From Mobula birostris (taxonomy: Eukaryota), in assembly GCF_030028105.1 (NCBI RefSeq), contig NC_092397.1, forward strand, positions 42,784,613 to 42,848,612: a stretch of 64,000 nt of DNA, written 5' to 3'. Both the position numbers and the translations under genes were made by a program. Below are positions 47,525 through 62,513 of the stretch, piece after piece. Positions within the stretch are counted from its first letter, which is position 1; every line of letters begins with the position of its first letter. The notes under the pieces are model-generated. The model was not told where the DNA came from. It did no database searches and saw nothing but the letters and a program-made list of their open reading frames with translations.

Positions 47525-48950
47525 ATCTCCATTGAGTATATTGTTTGTGGAAGCTTGCTGTGTTCAAGTAGCTGCTGAGTTTTCTGCATAAAATCATTGA
47601 CTGATTTTGAAACATGTGGCATGGAACCAGCACTTGCCCCTCAAATTAATCCAGTATGTTAACAACAGCACATCACCTCCCTTTTCCAGAATATAATTCA
47701 ACCACACTATTACCATCCATGCCGTAAGTTTACACAAATGGGACGTCAGTGATATTGGTCTATATCTAGGAGGATCCAACAGGGGGTTCCCAGGTTTTAG
47801 AATAGACACTACAATTGCCATTTTCCACGAGGAGGGAAGATGGCCTGACCTCCAATTATGATTTTAAAAATGTAATATTATCTCAAGAGTTGTTGACCAT
47901 ATGTTTAAACATGCATCATCCTTTCCTGGAGCTGTCTGACCTGTACTATAAATAACTTTCTTAAATTCACACAAAGAAAACTCTACATAACTAATACTAT
48001 CATTGCTACAGCTGGTTTCCAACACATTAAGGTATTCTTGTAAAACCTTATCGCTACATTGTTTAGTCTCTCTACCCATTTTGATTATGAATTGCAGCAA
48101 ATGACCGAGCCAGGACTCAACCGTCTCTCTTTCAGGAACAATTGTATCACCTCCTTTAATCAATATTCGGAACCCTATGAATCCCACACCCCCATTTTCT
48201 TAGTCATTCCCCAAACATCTTCAAGTTTAATAGTCCTTCCAATACTTTCACAATATGACCTCCAGTAAATGTTTTTCACAAGCTTCATTACTTTCCTCAC
48301 CACGGCCTGTGACCTGTTACACTTAATATGATCAGGAGGGGAGTGATACTTCGTAACTTTCGGAAATGCCACGTTTCTCTCAGTAACTGCCTCTGCACAC
48401 TCCTCCGTCCACCACGGTACAGCTTTTCTCCCACTAATGCACTTTTTAAATTGAATCTCTGCCACCACTATTTGATGAATAATGTGACAACGTTTCTTTG
48501 CAGAAATCCACATCATCCTCACCATTCAGCCCAGACAGACGCTCAGCACATAAAACATTCGAACTTCTCCCAATATGCTTTACCAGAGTTCCACCTCCTA
48601 AAAGTGGCCTCATGCCCCCTATATAAATCCAAACCCAAGCTTATAAACATAGGAAAATGATCACTCCCCAATGCTTCATCTCCCATGACATCCCACTACT
48701 CACTCCAATGTTCAAAACTAAAGTTAAATTTACAGCATTTTCAGAACTATTATGAACATTAAATCTCATACCTCTCCCACCATAAAGACTAACAGGATCT
48801 GATACTCTTCTATAAACAAAATATCACCAATCTGAGAACAACCCCACAGTGAACTATGTGTTAAAATCCCCACACCATACAACCCTTAGTGAGCTAGAGC
48901 TACATATACTCTCCAACAACTCAATCGGAAGCTTTCCACAATGATTATAA
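47525..48950 (-). mobile_element. I/Nimb-clade LINE fragment (EN and RT N-terminus)
   Basis: CGDFNT..SLWG, GSDHFP, VPWWTEECAEAV, WKMAIVVSILKPG..YRPISLTSHLCKL. Confidence 0.7.
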
Positions 48951-49339
48951 TAACACACAAACACGAGGAAATCTACAGATGCTGGAATTTCAAGCAACAC
49001 GCATAAAAGTTGCTGGTGAACGCAGCATCTCTAGCAAGAGGTACAGTCGACGTTATAATAATATACCACTTTATTGCCCCTACCTGTGGAATCAAATGTG
49101 TCTTCAAATGCCTCATACATTTCATTTACATCCACAAATCTATGCTCTCTCCCTCTCATTAAAAAACTTGCAACACCACCTCCTCTACCAATTAATCTAT
49201 CACGCTTAATTACAATATAACACTGGAAGGAAGAACTTAAATGCGATAACGATCAGGTTTCCTGAATACATATAACATCACATAGATTTGATAAATCAGA
49301 AATAAAAGAAGTTTTTACCATTAGAAATCAGGCTTCTGG

Positions 49340-49560
49340 AAATCGCCCTTCTGATACAGGCGGGGGATGCGGAATGTAGTGGGGCGTTTATGATTGGTGA
49401 AACAGTGCCTGATCTGATTGGAAAGAGCAAATATTCCAATCACAGAGCTGCCTTATTCACCAATCAAGAGACAGCAACTGTAGAAGCGCGGAAAATACCG
49501 TCTAACCGCCGAAATAAACTGAAATTTGCAAAACACCGCCAAAAAAGCCTTTGTTGCTGA
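49340..49560 (-). promoter_or_regulatory. Orphan H2A-type promoter (no H2A coding sequence)
   Basis: Same CCAAT arrangement and tcaccaatcaagag..gtagaagcgcggaaa..accgccaaaaaa as 41640-41805. Confidence 0.65.
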
Positions 49561-50155
49561 AATTAAACCACAACAGGTTTGTTTGTCGGCTCTTTACCCC
49601 CGTTACTGGAGTCCGACACACTTAAACAAAGTGTAGTTAACATTGCGATGGTGTCTGGGACATTAGTTCACCGATATCTTTCAATTGATAAACGATTGGA
49701 ATAAAACCGATTCTCATCTGCTGTTCGCGGTCGATCATTGTGTAAACTCAAATCAGTTTAGCAACGGGTCGCCCGTCAGAAAGTGGAGCTTTAACAAATA
49801 CTCTGAACGACCCGTGACAGTGTTCAGCTCTCGCGTTGGAATGGGGTTAAGAGAAGTAACCAAAATGGGACAAAGCTTAATGAACCCACGGTAATTAAAC
49901 CAGAAACAACAATTAGCGTCCACATCAGAGAAATGTGATAACCGAGAGGAAGCGACGGGGAAAGGGGTGCATAACGATTCCGTGTCTGTGCCGTTGGCAG
50001 GAATTAACAGAGAAATTGTGATTATACTGAGCAGCGGACAGCAAGTCCTGATTAACGGGGATAAGATTCTGAATGAGCTCATCAACAAAAAACTTCCAAA
50101 TCTACCTCAATTCCATGTCTCAACATTCAGTAACTCTTTTAATGAAGCCGTGAGT

Positions 50156-50171
50156 GGCTCTTAAAAGAGCC
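50156..50171 (-). terminator. Histone 3' stem-loop (H2B)
   Basis: Minus strand GGCTCT-TTTA-AGAGCC-ACTCA, then HDE aaaagagtt. Confidence 0.95.
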
Positions 50172-50208
50172 TTTGATTTTCCAGTTTGTTTTGTCAGTAA
50201 ACTTGTCT

Positions 50209-50583
50209 TCACTTGGAGCTGGTGTACTTGGTCACCGCCTTTGTCCCTTCGGACACGGCGTGCTTGGCCAGCTCCCCGGGCAGCAGCAGCCGCACGGCGG
50301 TCTGGATCTCCCGGGAGCTGATGGTGGACCGCTTGTTGTAATGGGCCAGGCGGGAAGCCTCGCCCGCGATGCGCTCGAAAATATCGTTGACGAATGAATT
50401 CATGATACTCATGGCCTTGGAGGAGATGCCGGTGTCGGGGTGAACCTGCTTCATCACTTTGTAGATGTAGATGGCGTAAGTCTCCTTCCTCGACCTCTTG
50501 CGCTTCTTGCCAGACTTGCTCGCTGGTTTGGACAAAGCTTTCTTGGCGCCCTTCTTGGGAGCGGGTTTCGCTGGATCAGGCAT
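50209..50583 (-). CDS. H2B: Histone H2B
   Basis: [12 protein letters not shown].. 124 aa; true ATG at 50583; TATTTAA and ATGTTAAT upstream. Confidence 0.98.
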   Translation of the reverse strand: MPDPAKPAPKKGAKKALSKPASKSGKKRKRSRKETYAIYIYKVMKQVHPDTGISSKAMSIMNSFVNDIFERIAGEASRLAHYNKRSTISSREIQTAVRLLLPGELAKHAVSEGTKAVTKYTSSK

Positions 50584-53500
50584 TTCCTGGTCGGTTTCAA
50601 ACACAATAATGAGCAGAAGCTGTTCGGAGCGCGGATTAAATAGGCAGCGCCCAAAGCGGTATGTTAATGAGGATGGGAATTCTGAGCATTTCCATTGGCT
50701 GTTTGGAGAAATGAATCACCAATCGGAACGCTGGGGGATGGGAAGCGGCGCCAATGGGCGGGGTTACCGCTGTCGTTTAATGCGGGAGGAAGTACTGAAG
50801 GGCAGAGACAGGCCGGGGTGCGGGCTGAAATTGAAAAGGGAAACGCAAATTTCAAAAGCAGAATGAAAACAAAAGCAGATGAAATATTGTAAAATTAAAC
50901 ACTAAGACGTTTAACACAGGGCAGCATGAGAGTGAAGTAGAGATTTCGACATTTCAATATAAAGTTCAAATCGAGTTTATTTATGCACAGGTGAAAGGAA
51001 CAACGTATTTGTAGCAGCATCACAGACAAATTGCATCAGAGACACAACACTGACAAGAAACACTGAAATTAAATATGAATTATACCAAAATATTCAAAGA
51101 GACAGAAGCCTATCAGAACAAAATCAAAATAACAAAGAGATTATGCGGGCAGTGGGAGAATCATCCCTCTTGTGCTTCTTCATCTCGTCACTCCAGATTC
51201 AGTGTCACACAACGCTGCCACTTTGATCTGGCCCATGCCTTCATTAACCAGGTCCAACACTTGTCTTTATTGGATCTTCCTCCTTCTTACACTGGTCATC
51301 GGGTTTGTGGGGGTGTGCCCAGGGTTAATTGGGGTGTGTGCCCCCTTGGATCTCAGGATTAGGTTTGAGGGTAGGGCTGGTGGATGTGTATGCGGGGCTG
51401 GGAGAGATAAGGCTGTAGAGTTTAGTAGGGTGAGATATGTGGGGCTATGGTGGATAGGGTAGTGTAGTGTAGCCACTTCAATCTGGCCCATTCCTTTCAC
51501 TAATGTGGCCTGACACTACTTGGCTTAATGAACTGGGTGTGCAAAGGGACACATCATTAGTAATACTATTTAGGGTCATTGGGTGTTTTGGGTCTTCAAT
51601 CATGAGACATCCTCACCCAGGCAACCCAGCCAGGGTTTATCCCATGGACCAACATAACGAGAGGCATGTAATTCTGCATGTTGTGGGTATTTTGGACCTT
51701 GTTACTTGGCTTTAAATTTGATCATTTGGGTAATAGAATGTTCTGAGGCCAAGTTATCAGGCTTTACCCCCAAGTAAGGTTCAACTTCCCTACTTTAAAT
51801 TTACACCTGTCTTTATTTTGCATTTGTGTGCCTGGGACTGTGTGGATAAACAGTGTTTACTGCAGTACAAAGTAGTAATTAGGGTTGTGCAGATTGGTCC
51901 ATAATTCCAAAATGCAAACATCTCTGAAATCCAAGATTTTTTGTGCTGACATGACATCACAAATGGAGAATTTTACTCACGATTAAATTGCTCGTCTACT
52001 GAAGAGAGTTTCACGGCTCTGGGCCTCTATTCACTGGAACTTAGCAGAAAGAAGGGTTACCAAATTGAAACCTATCAAATAGTGAAAGGGCTTGATTGAG
52101 TGAATGTGGAGAGGGTTTTAACTGTGATGGGAGTGTCTAAAACTGGACCACACAGCTTCAAAATAGAGGGGCATCCTTTTAGAATGTAGAGAAGGAGGAA
52201 TTTCTTCAGCCAGAGAGTGGTGAATCTGTGATTTTTTTTGCCACAGGCAGCTGTGGAGGCCAAATCACTCAGTATAGACAGAGATTGATAGATTCTTGAT
52301 TAATCAGGGCACAAAGGGATACAAAGGAAGGCAGAAGATTGGGGCTCAGAGGGAAAATTGATCAGTGATGATGAAATGCCAGAGAAGGCTCGACAGGCAA
52401 AGTGGCCGAATTCTGCTCCTATATCTTATGACTAAAACTCTCCCGGAGAGCGTTGATCTCAGCTTTGACTCAACCCAGCACCTGAGGCTCCACATTACTT
52501 ATATAAGGAATACAGAAGGTCTTTGTTCTTTGATTAAAGAAATATCATCTCATTTCCATCCTGAATGCTTGTCACCTCATTCTGACCAACAGACACAAAA
52601 TGCTGGAGGAAGTCAGCAGGCCAGGCAGCATTAATGGGAAAGGGAATGAGTTGATGCTTCAGGCTGAGCACCTTCACGCTGAGATCTGATGGAAGGGTCT
52701 CGGCCTGAAGTGTCGACTGTTTACTCTTTCTGTTCTGCTGAGTTCCTCCAGCATTTTCTGTGTGTTGCTTTCGATTTCCAGCATCAGCAGATTCTCTCGT
52801 GTTTGTGATTAACACCTCATTCTGAGGGTATTTTCCTCAGTTATGGAGTTCTCATCCATCCCTGGAACCAGCCCAGTCGGTGTGGGGAACAGTCACTGCA
52901 CACCCTCTATTGCAGGGATATCCTTCCTGAGGAAGTGTGACCAAACCTGGACACTATATTCAAGATGTGCTCTCACCAGGGCCCTATACAATCCCAGTGA
53001 GACATCTGTACCCTCTTCTCCACTCCTCCTGGATCACAGGACAAAATACTGTTTCCCTATCTCATTACTTGTTGTATCTGCATGTTAACTCAAGTGATTT
53101 GTTTACAAGGATGCCCAGGTCCCTCTGAACATCCCTGTGTGGAAATGACTCTTATAGTTTGCTCCTGGGAATGGGTGATCTCACATTTCCCCACATTCTG
53201 TTCCATCTGCAACATCCTTAACCATTCACTCTCCTGTCTACATCCCCCAAACCTTCTCACTACTGACACTATCCCTCCCGCTCTGCAGGAGTCACTGAGT
53301 TATGCAGCACAGAAACAGGCCCTTCAGCCCAGTATATCCATGCTGACCAAGTGGCCTAACAAAACCATTGTCAGTTACCTGCATTTGGCCCACGTCCCTA
53401 TGAAACTTCCCTCTCCACAGTCCAAGAGATATTGCAACTGTGCCCACCTACACCACCACTTGGGGTAGTTTGTTCCATGTAAACAGCACATTCTGTGTAC

Positions 53501-54516
53501 AAAACCTGTTCCTCAAGGTCCCATTTAAATCTTTCCTCTCTCACTTTATATCTGTAATCTCTCACTTCCGACTGCATAACCCTGGAGATAACAGATTCAC
53601 TATTGACCATATCAATGTCTGCCATTATTTTATCAGGCTCTCTAATGTCACATACACTCTGGTGAGAAAGGTCCTGGCTTATCCAGCCTCCTGTTAAATC
53701 CCTTTTGCACCCTCCCCAGTTTAATGTCACCCTCTGATCCCAGGGCAACTATAACTGTACTCCGTGCTCCAAGAATAGTTTCCCCGAGGCTGGTAGAGCT
53801 GTAATGTGACGTCACAGCCCAGTGCCCGATGCTCTGACCGATGAATGCGAGTGTGGCGAACAGCTTCTTCACCGTCCTGCCTAGCTGTGTTTGCACTCTG
53901 AAGGAATTCGATATCCGCACCCCGATATCTCTGTTTTACAGCACACCCAGGGACAGACCACTCCCCACGGCAGTTCTGCCCTGGTTCGTCAATGACAATG
54001 GAACATCTCACATTTATCTGTCATTCCTCAAGTCAGTGACCTCATTGATCACCGTCCTGTTGTAAAGTTAGTTACATTGTTTCGCACTCAACGATATCAC
54101 CAACTTTAGTGACATCGGCAAATTTGCTGAGCTGGTCACTGACACTGTCAACCGAGTCTTTAATAAATGAACTGCAGCAGCAGACTTGACTCGAATCCCG
54201 GTGCCACACTATTGATCACAGGGCTGCAGTCTAAACAACGACTTTGTCTCCCACCACCAGGCCGATAATGTATCCAGTGCCCTGGATCACGTGATCTCTC
54301 CTTCCAGACACGAGTCTCACCAGTCTGAAGCTCCCGGGCTTTTCCTTGCAGCGACACACACACACAATGCTGGAGGAACTCAGCAGGCCAGGCAGCCAGT
54401 GAACAGCTGGCGTTTCGGGCCGAGACCCTCCATCAGCATAATGTCTTGTGTTTACTTTTCCTTCGATTGTAAGTTACTGGATAATATGACCCATCCTCCA
54501 GTCCTCTGCCACTACT

Positions 54517-54715
54517 CCTGCCCGAGAAACGCGCAGAGAGACAGAGGCGGGGAGGGGAGGAGACAGAGTCAGAGTGACGGACGGAGCCGAGACCGGCCTC
54601 TCATCTTCCAACTCCGTCTTCACTTTAATACACCCGGCAATTTCCAACGGTTTTTCCGAAACACAGAGCTCCAGAGAGAGAAAAAAAACTCCCTCACACA
54701 CCGCGTACACAGTGA
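54517..54715 (-). promoter_or_regulatory. Second, truncated H4-promoter copy downstream of H4
   Basis: Direct repeat of 55603-55795; stops before the TATA box. Confidence 0.8.
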
Positions 54716-55169
54716 AGGATCTCCAGGAACTTACTGACGGTCGGACTTCATCGTATCAGAATACAGTGTGATTGGCGCAGGATGAATTTCAAATTGCCCG
54801 CCAATTTCAGAGCCACCTGCAACGGTGCCTGACTGCTTTTAAAATTATTTACCATTAATTGTTTCATGGATTATACAATGTCAGTTTCATTTAATAAATT
54901 TAATATCTAATTCCCTCAGTTAAGACTTAAATTTATAATTACGGAATCGTTTCTCTAAACGAGTGAACTGATTTCTGTCCGAGACGGATAAAAGGATTAA
55001 GATCGATCTTAATGCGTTCAGAGATTTTGTCGTAATCACCGACTGGAAAGGCAGATTCACAGAAATATTTCAATCGGAACCGATTAATGTTTCAAATGTA
55101 ACCGGATGAATAAATCGATAAAAATAATTAAAAGTCTATGGATACGGCCCTGTCTGTGAGGCGGTGGGT

Positions 55170-55185
55170 GGCTCTTAGAAGAGCC
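55170..55185 (-). terminator. Histone 3' stem-loop (H4)
   Basis: Minus strand GGCTCT-TCTA-AGAGCC-ACCCA. Confidence 0.95.
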
Positions 55186-55216
55186 TTTGTTTCGTGCTAG
55201 GAAGGAAGTGAGATTT

Positions 55217-55537
<321 letters not shown>

Positions 55538-58500
55538 TCACTCAGGTCGCTGCTCACTGACAAACTGCCTGCTGCTGTCTCCTTTTATACACAGCGCCCC
55601 GACCTGCCCGAGAAACGCGCAGAGAGACAGAGGCGGGGAGGGGAGGAGACAGAGTCAGAGTGACGGACAGAGCCGACAGCGGCCTCTCATCGTCCAGCTC
55701 CGCCTTCACTTTACCACAACCGCCAATTTCCAACGATTCATCCGACACAAAGCGCTCCAGCGAAAAACAAAACTCCCTCACACACCACGTACATACTGGA
55801 GGATTTCTGGGAGTTTGCCGATTCTCCTGCTTTAAATTATGGGAAGTGCTTTTTCATTCTACAAATCCCCGAGGACCTCATCTATCCCTCCCGGCCCCGT
55901 GACCAGTGCGAGCGCCCTCAGGCACAGCAGTTGGTGGGCGAGGGTGCGGTCACTTCCAGTGATGATTCAGTAGAACAATTGTTCCTCTGGGTCGCCAGGG
56001 AAATGAAAGACCGGTCACATACAGGAACAGGATACATAACCAGATATATAGACCGCGCTTCTGGCGACTTCTGAAGCCCAGGTAAAGGGGTGGCTGAGGA
56101 GCTGGTGTGAGGTGGGTGGGTCTTCAGGTACAGGATCATTGGGTCTCAAGGGAAACGAGAGACGGGTCCAAGTAGGAGGGGAGCCCATACGTTTCCGGGG
56201 AGCCTTCTTCGTGCTACACGGAAGTGTTTAAACGAGTAGGGATGAGTTCCTGCACAGTGATTTTCGGGAACAAGGTTAAAAAATATCAGGACTTCCAGGA
56301 TTGTATTACGACGCAAAACATGTGGTTGTGTGGAGGGAAATCGATATTTCATGCAGTTTAATATGTCGCTGAGGAACTGACGCGGGAGGGAGGTCTTCAT
56401 GGATCAATGGGCTCCCTTCCAGGCAGGTGGGAGACCGGGACAAACAAGACTATTTGCATCTGAACCGGACGGGAACCAACATCTTCACCAGGAGGTTTGA
56501 TGGTGTCACTTGGCAGATTTTGAACTGGAGTAGCATGTGGGAGAATGTATGTATGACAAGACAGTCTGAAAAGAACGCGAGCCAATGTCAGGCCAATAAA
56601 CATGGTGGGACTGATGGGCTGAAATGAGTTTATTTCAACACTACGAGTGTTACGTTAGCAGAGGGACAGGGCCGGCAGCTCAACATTCCTGGGTTTGATT
56701 GTTTTACATGTGAGTGCGGGGGGGTTAAAAGATGCAGAGGTTACCCCACTGGGAATGTCACAGCAAACTGGAAGGCTCATTTACAGAGGCAATCTGCAGT
56801 TACACTGATGGGATTATCGTATTGGCCCCCAATAACCACAGGCAGGTGGAGGATCAGATATGTTGATGCTTATGGAGAGGTGTAGAACAACAGGGTTGTC
56901 ACAGTGAGGGACTTCATCTTCCCTGGAAATGACTGGATCTTGCTCAAATGCACAAGATTTGTTCAGTGAATCCGAGGAGTGTTTGAAACCTTATGTACAG
57001 GTCCCAACCAGAGCTGAGAACAGACAGGAATTAGTTTTGGGAAATAAGCCAGGTCAGCTGACAGCCAAGAGTCAGCGAACATTTTGGGAACAGTGATCAC
57101 AACTTTATTTAAAGTTATGAGTAAGAATAAAATTAAATCTTGTATGAAGGTGCTAAATTGCAGGAGGGCAAGTCAGGACAGAAGAAGACAGGAACCAAGG
57201 GGCATTGATTGGGAGCAGACACTGTCAGACAAGTCCACATCTGACGTGGGAGTTGTTTAAAGACCAGCAACTCTGAGTTCAGGATCAGCATGTTCCAGTG
57301 AGGAGTGAGGAGAAGGATGGTAAGTAAGGGAACTTCGGATGAGCAGAGAGATCCTAAATTTAGTCAGAAGGATGTGGAAGGTTTGTGAAGCTAAAGTCAG
57401 ACTGGGTACCTTTGGAATATAAAGATAACAGGGAAATGCTAAAACAGATGATAGGAAAGACCAAATGGGGCCACAAACTGTCCTTGTGGAGTGGGACCAA
57501 AGATGATCTCAAAGCCTTGTGGTTTGTATTAATAAGGCGAGGATAACCAGAGAATGGAAAGGTCGACTCAAGGTTAAAGGAGGAATGATGTGGTTGAAGT
57601 CAGACCAAGTGGCTAAGGTACTAAATGAGTATGTTGTGTCAGTACTTACTGAGAAGAAGGAATTGAATGACAATGAAAACAGAGTGAGACATGCTAATGT
57701 GCAGAGACGTGTTGAGATTAAGGAGGAGGCTGTGCTGGGACTTCTGAGAAGCAATAAGATGGATAAGACTCCAGGGCCTGAAGGCATATATCCTGCAATA
57801 GTGAAAGAAACAAGTGAGCAGATTGCTGGGGATTTGACAAGGATCTATGTGTCTTCGATCACAACATGTGAGGTCCCTCAGGACTGGAGTGTCGCAAATG
57901 TTGCAGCTTTGATCAAGAAGGGAAATAACAAGAATCCAGGAATCTATAGGCAAGGCAGCCTCATTTCAGTGGTAGAGAAGCTACTGGGGAGGATATTGAG
58001 GCACAGGATTTATGCACATTCAGAAAGGCATGGCCTGCTTAGGGACAATCAACATGGTTTTGTGTGGGCAGATCACGCTTGATAAAATTGATTGAGGTTT
58101 CTGAGGAGGTGATACAGACTAAGATATAGGAGCAGAATTAGACCATTTGGCCCATCAAGTCTGCTCCGACATTTCTTTATGGCTGAACCATTTTTCCTCT
58201 CAGCCCCAGTCTCCTGCCTTTCCCTTGTATCCAATCAAGAATATATCAACCTCTGCCTTAAATATACATAAAGTCCTGGCTTAACAGCTTCCTTTGGCAA
58301 TGAATTCCACAGATTCACCACTCTCTGGCTAAAAAAATTCCTCATTCTCCACATTCTGCTCCTGTATTCCGAGGCTGTGTCCTCTGATATTAGACACTCC
58401 CATCTTCTGCACATCCACTTTATCATTGCCTTTCACACTTGGATAGGTTTCAATTGGGCCACCCCTCATTGTTCAAAAATTCCAGTGAATACAGGCCCAG

Positions 58501-59146
58501 AGCCATCAAACACTCTTCATGTAGCAACCTGTTTCATCCTGCAATAAATCTGGAGACCTTCCTTTGAAAGCAATCCAGTTTCAGCCCATCCTTCATGAGA
58601 AAAAGGGCCTAAATCTGCTCAAGATACTCCAGTGAGACCTCCCCAGTACTTTATAAAGTCTGATCATTATTATGATTGGCACAGATATTGTGGTCCAAAG
58701 GGCAGGTTGCCATCTATTCCATATTGTGTACTGATGAATATGTTTGATCTGACATCTATTGCAGGGACATGGGTACGGAGACTGGGACTGAGAATTCGAC
58801 ATTTCACAATATTCAATATTCCACACGGAATCAGCAATATGGAAAGGAGCAGGGTGGGTTTGTTCATAATGTGCTGGTGAAGGAGTGGATACAGTGCCTA
58901 TAAAAAATGTTCAGTCTCCTTAGAAGTTATTATGTTTTATTGTTTTGCAATGGATTTAATTTGGCTTTTTTGACACTAATCAACAGAAAAGACTACGGTG
59001 TCACAGTGAAAGCAGATCTCTACAAAGTGATCTAAATTAATTGTAGATATGAAACAAAATAATTCATTGCCTTTGCATTCACCTCCTTCAAATCAGTAAT
59101 TAATTGGTGCACCTTTGACAGTATTTACAGTTAAGTTTGTATGGAT

Positions 59147-61078
59147 AGAACCATAGAACCATAGAAACTACAGCACAGAAACAGGCCCTTTGGCCCTTCT
59201 TGGCTGTGCCGAACCATTTCCTGCCTAGTCCCACTGACCTGCACACGGACCATATCCCTCCATACACCTCCCATCCATGTATCTGTCCAATTTATTCTTA
59301 AATGTTAAAAAAGAACCCGCATTTACCACCTCGTCTGGCAGCTCATTCCATACTCCCACCACTCTCTGTGTGAAGAAGCCCCCCCTAATGTTCCCTTTAA
59401 ACTTTTCCCCCCTCACCCTTAACCCATGTCCTCTGGTTTTTTTCTCCCCTTGCCTCAGTGGAAAAAGCCTGCTTGCATTCACTCTATCTATACCCATCAT
59501 AATTTTATATACCTGTATCAAATCTCCCCTCATTTTTCTACACTCCAGGGAATAAAGTCCTAACCTATTCAACCTTTCTCTGTAACTGAGTTTCTCAAGT
59601 CCCGGCAACATCCTTGTAAACCTTCTCTGCACTCTTTCAACCTTATTTATATCCTTCCTGTAATTTGGTGACCAAAACTGAACACAATACTCCAGATTCG
59701 GCCTCACCAATGCCTTATACAACCTCATCATAATATTCCAGCTCTTATACTCAATACTTCGATTAATAAAGGCCAATGTACCAAAAGCTCTCTTTACGAC
59801 CCTATCTACCTGTGATGAAACTTTTAGGGAATTTTGTATCTGTATTCCCAGATCCCTCTGTTCCAGTGCACTCCTCAGTGCCTTACCATTAACCCTGTAT
59901 GTTCTACGTTGGTTTGTCCTTCCAATGTGCAATACATCACACTTGTCAGTATTAAACTCCATCTGCCATTTTTCAGCCCATTTTTCCTGCTGGTCCAAGT
60001 CCCTCTGCAGGCTCTGAAAACCTTCCTCACTGTCTACTACACCTCCAATCTTTGTATCATCAGCAAACTTGCTGATCCAATTTACCACATTATCATCCAG
60101 ATCATTGAATATAGATGACAAATAACAATGGACCCAGCACTGATCCCTGTGGCACACCACTAGTCACAGGCCTCCACTCAGAGAAGCAATTCTCTACCAC
60201 CACTCTTTGGCTTCTTCCATTGAGCCAATGTCTAATCCAATTTACCACCTCTCCATATATACCTAGCAACTGAATTTTCCTAACTGACCTCCCATGTGGG
60301 ACCTTGTCAAAGGCCTTACTGAAGTCCATGTAGAGAATATCCACTGCCTTCCCTTCATCCACTTTCCTGGTAACCTCCTTGAAAAACTCCAACAGATTGG
60401 TCAAACATGACCTACCACGCACAAAGCCATGTTGACTCTCCCTAATAAGCCCCTGTCTATCCAAATGCTTGTAGATTCTGTCTCTTAGTACTCCCTCCAA
60501 TAACTTACCTACTACTGACGTTAAACTCACCGGCCTATAATTTCCCGGATTACTTTTCGATCCTTTGTTAAACAGCGGAACAACATGAGCCACTCTCCAA
60601 TCCTCCGGCACTTCACCCATAGACAGCGACATTTTATATATTTCTGCCAGGGCTCCCGCAATTTCAACACTAGTCTCCTTCAAGGTCCGAGGGAACATCC
60701 TGTCAGGTCCCAGGGATTTATCCACTTTAATTTTCCTCAAGACAGCAAACACCTCCTCCTTTTCAATCTGTGCAGTTTCCATGGTTTCACTACTTGATTC
60801 CCTCAATTCCATAGATTTCATGCCTGCTTCCTTAGTAAATACAGACGCAAAAAACCTATTTAAGATCTCCCCCATTTCCTTTGGTTCCGCACAAAGCCGA
60901 CCACTCTGATCTTCAAGAGGACCAATTTTATCCCTTACAATCCTTTTGCTCTTAATTACTTGTAAAAGCTCTTTGGATTATCCTTCACTTTGACTGCCAA
61001 GGCAACCTCATGTCTTCTTTTTGCCCTCCTGATTGCTTTCTTAAGTATTTTCTTGCACTTCTTATACTCCTCAAGCAC
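59147..61078 (-). mobile_element. Young 5'-truncated CR1 (same subfamily as 36138-37650), one frameshift
   Basis: RT ORFs 60102-60875 and 59225-60160; (ttctatgg)n tail. Confidence 0.95.
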
Positions 61079-61272
61079 AATCAGCTATCAGCTTTGCACA
61101 TCTGAACACTGCAATTTTCCCCATTCTTCTTTACAAAACTGCTGAAGCTCTGTCAGAATGCATGGGTTGGTGAGTGAACAGATCTTTTCAAGTCCAGCCA
61201 CAAATTCCCAATTGGATTGAGGTCTGGACTCTCACAAAGCCACTCCAGGACATTAACTTTGTTGTTTTAAGG

Positions 61273-62513
61273 CAGGGGTCCCCAACCTTTTTTCCGCTGC
61301 AGACCGGTTTAATATTGACAATATTCCTGCGGATCGGCTGACCCGGGGGGGGGAGGGGGGAGGGTTGCCAACGGACAAGAGTAGCAGTCAAAAAATAGGT
61401 TGTGTTTACCCCGAGAAAGACTACAATGACTATGAAGCCTTGCGCGGGCACCAGTGCGTATGCGTGACCTGAGCATGCATGTACCTGCCGATATTATTCT
61501 CTGCAAATCGTTTTTGGCGATTCTGTTCGGGGTGGGGGGGATGTTAATCACGACCGGAATATTGGTAATAAGGGGCTAATACACAATTTTGTTTCTAAAA
61601 GGGTTGATCTAACGAATTTAATATTAAACACACAGTGCATATTTTCCTCGCATGATCTAACGAATTTAATATTAAACACACAGTGCATATTTTCCTCGCA
61701 TCAATCATCAGGGGAGGACGGGGAACTTGAAGTAAGTGTTGAAAGAACCTCCAGGAGAAGTGGTAGAGGCAGGTTCGATATTATTTAAAGAAAAATTGGA
61801 TAGGTATATGGACAGAAAAGGAATGGAGGGTTATGGGCTGAGTGCAGGTCGGTGGGACTAGGTGAGAGTAGCTTTCGGCACGGACTAGAAGGGCCGAGAT
61901 CGCCTATTTGCATGCTGTAATTGTTATATGGTTATATAGGTCACTTATCAGTCACTAGCATCATAACATTTTAAGTAATGTTTGGATATTAAACACAGGG
62001 CACATATTTTCCCCGTATGAACATATAAAATCATTGCAACACACCAATATCGCTGAATCAGTGGGAGCCCTGGGCTTGTTTTTCTGCAACAAGATGGTCC
62101 TATCGAGGGTTCGTGGGAGACAGCGATACTCGAAGGGGTTCCTTATGTCCAGTCTATTCCGCAATTTAGTTTTCGTTGCATTCATTGCAGAGATATGTTG
62201 GAAATGGAAGCAACGTTTTCAGTGCTTTTGTGGCTATTTCAGGATATTTAGCCTTGACTTTGATCCAGAATGCCAGCAGAGATGTTATGTCAAACATACT
62301 TCTCAGCCCGTCGTCATTTGCAAGCTCGAGGAGTTGATTTTCTTCCCGCGCTGACAAAGATGACACGCTGTTAATGACCTCTCGTATGTTCAAGCTCAAC
62401 AGTAGGCGTGACCGGGAATGAGGAAAGGTGCAGCTGACTCATATCGCCAAATCATATCGTTTCTTCGCGGCCCGGTATCAAATGCTCTGCGGCCCGGTGG
62501 TTGGGGACCGCTG
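61273..62513 (-). mobile_element. hAT (Charlie/Buster-like) internally deleted element with an 8-bp TSD
   Basis: TIRs caggggtccccaacc / ggttggggaccgctg; TSD ttttaagg (61265-61272, 62514-62521); dimerisation-domain remnant FWIKVKAKYPEIATKALKTLLPFPTYLC; contains a CR1 tail at about 61715-61940. Confidence 0.92.
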
